Assembly (NCBI GenBank): GCA_030529605.1
Contig: JAUMWO010000001.1
Location: forward strand, 1-61,161
Origin: Bacillota bacterium
Lineage (GTDB): Bacteria; Bacillota; Clostridia; Peptostreptococcales; Acidaminobacteraceae
Reading direction: 5' to 3'
DNA length: 61,161 bases
The notes beneath the pieces are model-generated. The model worked only from the letters and a program-made list of their open reading frames with translations, was not told the DNA's origin and ran no database searches. Positions within the stretch are counted from its first letter, which is position 1. The number at the start of each line of letters is the position of its first letter. Both the position numbers and the translations under genes were made by a program. Below, in pieces: positions 54,356 to 61,161 of the stretch.

Positions 54356-55676
54356 AAAGCTGATCTGGAGCCTTTTGGGTGCCACCTGTTTGATCGCTCT
54401 GGCGCTCTATCTGTCCAGCATGAGCCTCCCCGAGCTCGAGGAGGCGATTTTGCACGCTCCGCAGGCACAGCGCTCCGTCGACGACAGCATCCATGTCGAG
54501 AGCATCCTGCGAGAAGGAAAGGTCCACATCTCCGCCCATCGTCCCGTCTTCGGACTGCGGCGGATCGACGAGCAATTGAGCGCCTTCATCGACGAACGCA
54601 TCGCGCTCTTCGAAGACCTCGACGATTTTACGATCGAATCGGATCCCTCGGATCTCCTCATCGAATACGAGGTCGTCCACCGCAGCCCCAACTACCTTTC
54701 GCTGCTCTTTTGCGAAAAACGCAACACACAGCACACCCCCAATGCGAACCAGATCTTCACATTCAATTTTGACATCGGGACGCAGGAACGCCTTGAGTTG
54801 TCTCATTTTTTCCAGTCGTCGGAACCGCTGTTTCACACATTTTATGAATTGGCACAGCAAAAGATTCTCGAAGGCAGCATCCCGGATGTCGCCCTCAACG
54901 AAGCGGTGACTCGCGTCATCGCGCCGCTCGAATACAATTATCACAATTTTACGATCGACTCCGAGAAGATCACCTTTTATATCCGCCCGGGCGAACTGGA
55001 TTTTTTCCCGCTCAGCATCCTCTTCCAAGAACTTGCCGGCAAGATCGAGCGACTGCCGGTCGTAGGATCTTCCATCATCGCCGAACGGCCCGCCGCCTTT
55101 AAACTCCGAGCTCCGATCGTCGCGAACGATCCGGGCTCTCCGCGCAAAAAGGTCGCTCTCATCTTCCTCGACGGCCCCCATTACCAATACACCGAAGCCA
55201 TCCTCGACATCCTGTACGAGCGGCAGGCACGCGCCACCTTCGCACCGCTGGGCATCCGCGCTGCGGAATTCGAGCCTTTGGTTCGCCGCATTCTGTGGGA
55301 GGGCCACCGAGTCGAAAACCACGGCTGGAGCAAACCGCCTTACAACCGTGCCGATCTGGCGTCGGACTATCGCCGGGCGAAAGAGCTGTTCGACAAACTT
55401 TCGATCTCCAGCAAACATTACATCATCCCGGGCGCCGTCCTCTCCGCCGCCAAGCTGCGAAGCATCCCGGCGCATGTCCTCACACAGATGACCTGCATCG
55501 ACGAGAAGACCTATCCCGATCCTGCACGCGTGATCCCGATCATTCTGGGCGATATCGACCGCCATCGCATTCTGTGCTTCAACGAGAGCGCTTATACCGT
55601 CAATGTCTTGCCGAAACTGATCGACGCGCTCTACGACGCCGGCTACGAGGTCGATCTGCTCGACGCCGTACGTTAG
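54348..55676 (+). CDS. PdaC-like membrane-anchored protein: DUF4163/DUF3298 region + NodB-homology (polysaccharide deacetylase) domain with degenerate catalytic motifs
   Basis: TM anchor, then a DUF3298-like region (LLIEYEVVHRSPNYLSLLF), then a NodB-like region (VALIFLDGPH...RATFAPLG...HRVENHGWS). Confidence 0.65.
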   Translation: MYKKLIWSLLGATCLIALALYLSSMSLPELEEAILHAPQAQRSVDDSIHVESILREGKVHISAHRPVFGLRRIDEQLSAFIDERIALFEDLDDFTIESDPSDLLIEYEVVHRSPNYLSLLFCEKRNTQHTPNANQIFTFNFDIGTQERLELSHFFQSSEPLFHTFYELAQQKILEGSIPDVALNEAVTRVIAPLEYNYHNFTIDSEKITFYIRPGELDFFPLSILFQELAGKIERLPVVGSSIIAERPAAFKLRAPIVANDPGSPRKKVALIFLDGPHYQYTEAILDILYERQARATFAPLGIRAAEFEPLVRRILWEGHRVENHGWSKPPYNRADLASDYRRAKELFDKLSISSKHYIIPGAVLSAAKLRSIPAHVLTQMTCIDEKTYPDPARVIPIILGDIDRHRILCFNESAYTVNVLPKLIDALYDAGYEVDLLDAVR

Positions 55677-58436
55677 CTATTCCACGATCAATCCGAAGGT
55701 CGCCATGGTGAATCCATCGTGCAGACCCGAAATGATATCCTTTTTCCCCGCTCGCACATAGACACCGGCGAGCTGTTTCCCGTAAGTAAAGAGCCCCGTA
55801 ATCGTGTGGAAGGACTCAATCTCCAAAGTCACCGGATGAACATTGCGATTCACCGGCTGTTTTGCGTATTTTTGTATGATATAACCGGCGTCCGCCTTCT
55901 CGCGGAGCAATTCCAGCCACTCGGCATCCGTCGCCGACATCCCCGTCACGACCCCTTTGGACGCATACGAATCGATCGGTTTGAGAATGTACGCATCCTT
56001 CTGCGTCGTGATCTGCGGATCCTCGAGATGCCGCGCCGAGAGATACTCCGTGTGCGGGATATGCCGTTCGATCCATTCTTTTTCCTGTGGTGTCCAAACA
56101 TCCTCGAGCTCCGGATGATGCAGCATTTCGAAGAATCGCTTCGAGTGGACGACCTGCGTATGGAGGCTGCCGATCACGCAAGTCTTTTGTCCCAGACCTT
56201 CGATGAATCCCGGAATCTCGTCATATCGGTTGAGCAGATCCGCCGTCACAAGACGTCGGTACACGATGTCGATCCGCCGACCTTCCACCGTCATAAAACC
56301 GTCCTGCACTTTGATCTGCCTCGGGTCCACCACCTCACAGTCATAACCCCGCTCCAGAAAAGTCTGTCGGAAGCGTTCAAACTCGATGCCGACCCCCGAA
56401 TCCAAAAAGTCCACAATCGCGACGCGCAGGCGCCGAAAGACCGGAAAATTCGGCCAACCGCTGGTGAAATCATGATAGATCGGCTTGATCGCATCCACCC
56501 AGCTGTGGAAGAGCTCAAACGACTGCGTCCACACTTTCGGGAGATCGCGAATCTCCTGCATCACCGCCGATTGCCGGATGCAGCGATTCAGCTCCGCCTC
56601 CTCATTCATCGCCGACGACCCGTCCGTATTCAGCTCACAAAATTGAAACTCGCCCTTACCGTGATAGAAAATATCGAACCGCCCCATCGGGACATAGGGT
56701 TCGTTCATCAGCGGCTGCAAAATCAGCGTCTCGATCCGCGGGTCAAAATCATACAGCGCGCGCACTTCCGGACACGCCTGATAGAGCCGGATCATCTTCT
56801 CGCAGATCAGGTGCATCCGGTGAAGAATGTCCCGGAAGCAAGCGAGATCCGCCTCATGATAGAGCATCGGCAAATGCAGATAGGGCACAATCTCTCCCTT
56901 GTAATATGCTTGGGACGCCTGCACCAGCCGATCGATTCGCTCAAACTCTTCGCGCCGGTCGGCGCGGTTCGTCCAGCGCTCCGCCAAGCTGCCGCAGATT
57001 TGTTCCGCCCGCCGGATCGCAGGAGACTCCCAGTCGGGCACCGCCTTTTCCACATCGTATCGGTCAAAGTCGTAATCCGCACGCAGTTGCGGCTTTTCCA
57101 AAACCTCCGCTCGGAACGCTTCCATGTCCTCTCGATACCGTATGCGCAGCGATTCGGCGATCGATCCATGCGTGCGAATCGCGTCCTGCAGCGCACACAG
57201 CGCATCCTTCGCCGCTCCGTCGGGGTCGACCGTTCGCGCATCGCCGACGCGGTGCAGCAGGTCGAGCAGGAATTCGCGCGAGACCGTGCCGTCCGCACCG
57301 CGGTAGGAGCGCGCTTCCCGATACAGCGCATGGTAGGTTTCCAGGAGATCTTCGCGATACATCAACTCGCCGATCACCGCCGGCACCGCCATCCGGTAGC
57401 GCGCCGGCACCGCATCGGGCACCCGAACCTCGAGATAGCCCTTGAACCGCACAGGCGGAAAGACCATCGTCAAGAAATGGGAGAGATGCTCCGGACCGAA
57501 GCGATTCTCGGCGAGCAGCTCCGCGACCGTCTGTTCGCCCGTCTCGACCGCATCGCCGTTGTCCATCATCAGGATCGGTTTCGAATCGAGCAGGAAATCG
57601 ATGTATCCCTCAAAACTCCACTGCTCTCTCGGCAGCATCGTGCGGGACGGATCGGTGTTTTTCCAGATCGCTTGACGCAGGGTGTCCCCGACCTCGAAGC
57701 ACACCGGGGCGCCGGTCTGCGTCTCCGCATCCCCCGCTCCGGTTACATGCCCCTCGAAGACCGGCGCCGCGTCAAACAGCGCATACAGCGCGTCCGCAAG
57801 GTAATTGGCGACTTGGAACTTCCGGTTGAAGTCGTCGAGGTCGCGATAATCGACCGACACCTGCGTCGAAGCGGTGCCTTTCATCATATAAAGTCCTGCA
57901 GGATGCAGCCGACGAAAATACGCTTCCATGATGGCGTACCGCGGCTTTGGCAGTAGAGCGATCGAATCGATGCGCGACGCCGGATGATAACCGAGCGAGA
58001 CGAGGGATTGGTCCTCACGCAAACAACGACCGATCTCGCCCATCAAATCCGCATACTCCGCTGCGATCTCCCCGATCGTGTTCATCGGGCGCAGGCTGAG
58101 TTCGATCTGTCCTCCCGGCTCCAAGGTCAGCGCCGATTCCCGCTTCTCCATATACAGAGGGCCGATACGGGACACTTCGTTTAAATACCATTTTTGTTCC
58201 AGCAATTTGAGCATCATCGCACAGCTGCCCTGCGGCTCTTCGTAGCCATAGCTCCGCAGATCGTGATCGGCGACCAAAAAATGCTCAAACTCCGCCCCGA
58301 TTTTTCTCGGAGCGGAGCTTCGGTTGCGCTCAAAAAAGTCGCGCATGACTTGGTGATATTCTTCCCTGGTATAGCTTCGATAGACTGTGATGGCATCCTC
58401 CTTTCGAATCGGGACGATTCCTTCCCTCGTGCTCAC
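55677..58436 (-). CDS. Fusion protein: glutamate--cysteine ligase-like (GCS2/plant-type) N-terminal half + glutathionylspermidine-synthase-like ATP-grasp C-terminal half
   Basis: The N-terminal half has GAEFEHFLV, TLEPGGQIELS and KGTASTQVSVD (GCL-like). The C-terminal half has MGRFDIFYHGKGEFQFCELNTDGSSAMNEE (GspS/YgiC-like pre-ATP-grasp). The track start at 58436 is GTG; the alternative is the ATG at 58346. Confidence 0.65.
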   Translation of the reverse strand: MSTREGIVPIRKEDAITVYRSYTREEYHQVMRDFFERNRSSAPRKIGAEFEHFLVADHDLRSYGYEEPQGSCAMMLKLLEQKWYLNEVSRIGPLYMEKRESALTLEPGGQIELSLRPMNTIGEIAAEYADLMGEIGRCLREDQSLVSLGYHPASRIDSIALLPKPRYAIMEAYFRRLHPAGLYMMKGTASTQVSVDYRDLDDFNRKFQVANYLADALYALFDAAPVFEGHVTGAGDAETQTGAPVCFEVGDTLRQAIWKNTDPSRTMLPREQWSFEGYIDFLLDSKPILMMDNGDAVETGEQTVAELLAENRFGPEHLSHFLTMVFPPVRFKGYLEVRVPDAVPARYRMAVPAVIGELMYREDLLETYHALYREARSYRGADGTVSREFLLDLLHRVGDARTVDPDGAAKDALCALQDAIRTHGSIAESLRIRYREDMEAFRAEVLEKPQLRADYDFDRYDVEKAVPDWESPAIRRAEQICGSLAERWTNRADRREEFERIDRLVQASQAYYKGEIVPYLHLPMLYHEADLACFRDILHRMHLICEKMIRLYQACPEVRALYDFDPRIETLILQPLMNEPYVPMGRFDIFYHGKGEFQFCELNTDGSSAMNEEAELNRCIRQSAVMQEIRDLPKVWTQSFELFHSWVDAIKPIYHDFTSGWPNFPVFRRLRVAIVDFLDSGVGIEFERFRQTFLERGYDCEVVDPRQIKVQDGFMTVEGRRIDIVYRRLVTADLLNRYDEIPGFIEGLGQKTCVIGSLHTQVVHSKRFFEMLHHPELEDVWTPQEKEWIERHIPHTEYLSARHLEDPQITTQKDAYILKPIDSYASKGVVTGMSATDAEWLELLREKADAGYIIQKYAKQPVNRNVHPVTLEIESFHTITGLFTYGKQLAGVYVRAGKKDIISGLHDGFTMATFGLIVE

Positions 58437-58530
58437 CCTGCGTCTAATTCGCCGGGCGTTTTCTTTGGATGATCAGATTGATCGAATAGTATTCGAGACG
58501 ATCGGTTGTTACTCCTCCTTCGGAATACCT

Positions 58531-60159
58531 TTAAATCGACTCCGGTACGAAACTCAGCTCGTAGAGTCCTCCTGCGATCGACCGAACTTCCGAGAGCTGC
58601 TCCGCGTCGATGTCCCAAGCGTCGACCATGCGCCCGAGATCGACGATCTCCGAACGCTGCACATTGCCTCCGCTGCCGCTTTCGATCGATAATTTCCCTT
58701 CTGTGACAAAGAGCACCGTTTCATCGTCCAACTCGTAGGACTGACTTTGATCCGGTCCTTGAATCATCACAAACCAGCGATCCGAACCGAGCACGATCGC
58801 CACCTCGTCTTTGCGATAGTACTGCGACCAACGCGGAGCGTTCGCCTCTTCGTACTTTGACGCGGTATAAGGCGCGTACGACGAGATCAGTTCGCGGATC
58901 TCCGCATTCGCCTCGAGCTGGGCCGGCATGTGGTCCAGCTCATAATTCAGATACGCATAGATGTCCCTCGCTTGATCGAGAGCTTCCGGATCGAGATCCA
59001 TGACGTCGACCCCCGCCGCGAGCGGCTTTTGGATCCGATCCTCATAAATTCGGTCGAATCGAGCAGTTTGGCTGCGGAGCGAAACCTGGTATGCTGAAAA
59101 ATAGCCGAAAGTGGCGACCAAGATCAACGCCGCGGCGACACCCGGCACCCAGTGCTGCGTCAGTCGATGATTCCACAGGAGGAGGAAGGTGCTGATCAGC
59201 GAGAAGACTGCGACCATGAGGAGCAGATAGCGCGGTATGGTCATACCGTACAACATGATGCGCAGCCCCACGGAATAAAACAGCATCGCGATCGGAACCA
59301 ACAGAACATAGCCGAAATAATGCGTCGCCGCGAGAGCCCAACGCGCGAATTCTCCCTGTTGTTGCTCGATCGAACGCGAGAAGTAGATCGTCGCGATCGC
59401 GACCAGCAGGTACCAGCTGACGAGATGCCCCATCGTATTTTCCGGAAACGATCGCTCGACCGCGAGCTTGAGGAAATACACATAGAGGATGACGGTATAA
59501 ATCAGCAGAAGCGGCAAGAGAATGTAGAGGAACAACGCGCGGTAAAGAAATGCGACCTTGCGCGGCTCGGATTCTCTCTCCGGATAGAAGGCAAAAAACG
59601 TAAGCGGCCATAGGAACACAAACACGATGCTGGCAATATCGCGAAATAGCCCCCAGCTGTAATCCAGATCGAACAACATGCTGATCGATAAGGTAATAAA
59701 GGTTGATCCCGCGAAAAGAACGAGCATAAAGAAAAGAGACAGGAAAAAGGTCGAAACGATCTGCAGCACATACTTGCCGAGACCTTCCCGATCCCAGAGA
59801 TACGGAATCATCGCGACCGCAATCGTCGACACCGCAATGATCCCGATCGGCCCCACGCTTCGGACGGCATAGGGTTCCCAAAGCATCATGACATAGAGCC
59901 ATGAAGCCGCCGCCACGATCGCTTGAAGGATCAGCGTTTTCCAGACTTCCCAGTTGACGCGCTCACCGATCAGGTGCACGCTCGCCGAAAGCGGAATCAT
60001 CATCAGTAAAAACATTCCCCATTCCGGGGTATCCAGAAACGGCAAGCGCAAGGAAGCGCTCATGGTCAAAGCCAGCAGGAACGCCGCGACATTGGTCACG
60101 GCAAAACGCTTCGAAGAGAGGAAGATTTTTTGGAGACTACCGGCGAAAAATTTCTTCAT
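58531..60159 (-). CDS. DUF4153-like polytopic membrane protein with a soluble C-terminal domain
   Basis: 542 aa with about 10-12 TM helices followed by a roughly 190-aa hydrophilic tail. ATG with SD AAGGAG. The family call is from memory. Confidence 0.55.
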   Translation of the reverse strand: MKKFFAGSLQKIFLSSKRFAVTNVAAFLLALTMSASLRLPFLDTPEWGMFLLMMIPLSASVHLIGERVNWEVWKTLILQAIVAAASWLYVMMLWEPYAVRSVGPIGIIAVSTIAVAMIPYLWDREGLGKYVLQIVSTFFLSLFFMLVLFAGSTFITLSISMLFDLDYSWGLFRDIASIVFVFLWPLTFFAFYPERESEPRKVAFLYRALFLYILLPLLLIYTVILYVYFLKLAVERSFPENTMGHLVSWYLLVAIATIYFSRSIEQQQGEFARWALAATHYFGYVLLVPIAMLFYSVGLRIMLYGMTIPRYLLLMVAVFSLISTFLLLWNHRLTQHWVPGVAAALILVATFGYFSAYQVSLRSQTARFDRIYEDRIQKPLAAGVDVMDLDPEALDQARDIYAYLNYELDHMPAQLEANAEIRELISSYAPYTASKYEEANAPRWSQYYRKDEVAIVLGSDRWFVMIQGPDQSQSYELDDETVLFVTEGKLSIESGSGGNVQRSEIVDLGRMVDAWDIDAEQLSEVRSIAGGLYELSFVPESI

Positions 60160-60222
60160 GATCCAACTCCTTTGACCGCAGTATACCCTTGTAACATTAA
60201 AGCAACATTAAGAAATGGATAT

Positions 60223-60246
60223 AAAAAAGGAGGGCCGAAGCCCTCC
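60223..60246 (-). terminator. Rho-independent terminator after hpf
   Basis: The minus strand reads GGAGGGC-TTCG-GCCCTCC followed by TTTTTT. Confidence 0.7.
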
Positions 60247-60259
60247 GAAGCCATCAAAA

Positions 60260-60802
60260 TTACTCGACCTCCGGCTCAATGATCCCATAATTGCCGTCCT
60301 TGCGTTTGTAGACGACATTGATTTCATTGGTATCGCCGTTGAGGAACATATAGAAATCGTGGTTGAGCAGTTCCATCTGAAGCACCGCTTCCTCCGGCAT
60401 CATCGGCTTGACCGCAAAGCGCTTGGATTTGACGATCTTTGGCTCATCGGCGTCTGCGGATGTCGGATCAAACTCCGGAATCTGATCAAATCGAATCGAG
60501 TTGTTGGTCTGGAATCGCTTCTCGAGTTTGGTCTTGTGTTTGCGAAGCTGTCTCGAGATTTTATCGATCGCGTCGTCGATCGCCGAATACATATCCTCCG
60601 ATCTCGACTCCGCCCGAATGATCGATCCATTTTTCAACGGAATGGTGATCTCGACGATGTGGTCATTCTTTTGTGTGCTGAATGTCGCAAACGCTTCGGT
60701 CTCGCTCTTAAACAGTTTATCGAACTTGCTGAGTTTCTTATCGACCTGTTCTTTGATCGATTCCGTGATCGCGATGTTTCGTCCACTTACGATAACTTTC
60801 AT
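60260..60802 (-). CDS. hpf: Ribosome hibernation promoting factor (long HPF)
   Basis: MKVIVSGRNIAITESIKEQVDKKLSKFDKLF..., with a C-terminal dimerisation domain (KSKRFAVKPMMPEEAVLQMELLNHDFYMFLN). Confidence 0.93.
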   Translation of the reverse strand: MKVIVSGRNIAITESIKEQVDKKLSKFDKLFKSETEAFATFSTQKNDHIVEITIPLKNGSIIRAESRSEDMYSAIDDAIDKISRQLRKHKTKLEKRFQTNNSIRFDQIPEFDPTSADADEPKIVKSKRFAVKPMMPEEAVLQMELLNHDFYMFLNGDTNEINVVYKRKDGNYGIIEPEVE

Positions 60803-60827
60803 AAGACACCTCCCGGTAATTGTACTT

Positions 60828-61161
60828 CTATCTTACCGTATCTTGGGAGGTTTGAAAAGTCAAAGCCGAAATCTTTTGGACGAGACGCTGCAGGCGGGAT
60901 AAAGCCTCGCGTGCAGCCGGATCGAGGGCATCGACGTCGATGCTTCCGTCCGCATGCATCGGGAGCGTCGCCCGATATGCGGCGTAGGCGACATTGAACT
61001 CCGCATCCAGAAGCAAAATCTGCGCATCCACCTCGCGGCATCGGTCTTGAAGAGCGACGCGCATGGATTCGCGCGGATGAGTCGCCAGAAGCGCCCGGCG
61101 CTCTTGCTGCTCGCGAGCGATGTCCAGCTTTTGTTCCAAGAGCGCGAGGACGCGCTCAAAC
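60828..61161 (-). CDS. Helical protein of unknown function, C-terminal part (open to the right edge)
   Basis: The reading frame stays open upstream of the track start (TTG at 61139) to the window end. The product is Ala/Leu/Arg/Gln-rich and helical. The position upstream of hpf recalls flagellar chaperone genes in Bacillus, but I see no diagnostic motif. Confidence 0.35.
   Translation of the reverse strand, partial: FERVLALLEQKLDIAREQQERRALLATHPRESMRVALQDRCREVDAQILLLDAEFNVAYAAYRATLPMHADGSIDVDALDPAAREALSRLQRLVQKISALTFQTSQDTVR

Noticed and set aside
50483-55565. Minus-strand ORFs 50483-51352 (289 aa), 52228-53019 (263 aa), 53135-54202 (355 aa) and 54060-55565 (501 aa).
   Set aside because: They lie antisense to the pirin/His-phosphatase, ABC permease, RlmI-like and PdaC-like genes. 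They are Arg/Gly-rich with no motifs. The plus-strand genes form a coherent overlapping operon.
55674-55679. The convergent PdaC-like and GCL-fusion genes abut with zero intergenic bases. Their stop codons form the palindrome TAGCTA.
   Set aside because: It is real in the sequence but most simply a coincidence of tight packing. No hairpin or other structure is evident, so it does not merit a finding.
55719-57956. A 745-aa plus-strand ORF that would be the largest uncharacterised protein in the window.
   Set aside because: It lies entirely antisense to the GCL::ATP-grasp gene, whose product has clear family motifs. The antisense product is Arg/His/Asp/Leu-rich, has low complexity and has no recognisable motif. 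It is a shadow ORF caused by stop-codon depletion in the complementary frame of a GC-rich, codon-biased gene.
1-61161. Search for CRISPR arrays, IS elements or transposases, integrases, phage genes, toxin-antitoxin pairs, restriction-modification or other defence-type genes, rRNA genes and riboswitch-like leaders.
   Set aside because: I saw no direct-repeat/spacer periodicity and no DDE, tyrosine- or serine-recombinase motifs. Apart from Mfd I found no nuclease or helicase combination. The tRNA pair is not followed by an integrase or repeat. The long leaders (abfD; the RR upstream region) do not match any riboswitch I can recognise by eye.

Overview
This is a 61,161-bp chromosomal window from a moderately GC-rich, apparently anaerobic member of the Bacillota (Clostridia-like). 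I saw no rRNA, CRISPR array, IS element, integrase or prophage signature. Positions 1-24.9 kb lie almost entirely on the minus strand. They hold the conserved Bacillota housekeeping block pmbA-tldD-ppx-divIC-yabO-hup-yabN(mazG)-yabM-prsA-mfd-pth-prs-glmU-spoVG-purR, a divergent murC, then LCP-lspA-cls-trmB-pyrE-GH-like-membrane protein-pfp. The middle of the window carries five units. These are a translationally coupled SEC-C/thiol-oxidoreductase/M42 peptidase operon; a trio of divergent MurE-like ligase, GNAT and C39-like protein; an oxidative-stress island (rubrerythrin, ferritin, superoxide reductase, PerR-like Fur, and a rubredoxin missing from the ORF track); a response regulator-histidine kinase-Hsp20-HtrA operon; and a tRNA-Tyr/tRNA-Gln pair. 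The right third is accessory metabolism. It holds an MFS transporter and the complete succinyl-CoA -> crotonyl-CoA (4-hydroxybutyrate) route abfD-cat2-4hbD-sucD. Next comes a sigma-54 activator followed by a consensus-match -24/-12 promoter driving a CitMHS transporter plus split AtuA-like DUF1446/DUF4387 genes. After that come a tightly packed pirin/His-phosphatase/ABC/RlmI-like/PdaC-like operon, a 919-aa glutamate-cysteine-ligase::GspS-like ATP-grasp fusion, a DUF4153-like membrane protein, and hpf. The best candidates for undescribed biology are (1) the sigma-54-controlled CitMHS + AtuA-like operon, (2) the MurE-paralogue/GNAT/C39-like module, and (3) the GCL::ATP-grasp fusion as a possible non-canonical low-molecular-weight-thiol synthetase. 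All family assignments come from motif recognition by eye, not from database searches. Many ORF-track entries are N-terminally over-extended (the track also uses TTG/GTG starts) or are antisense shadow ORFs. I trimmed starts where an ATG/GTG with a Shine-Dalgarno sequence and the family N-terminus agree.
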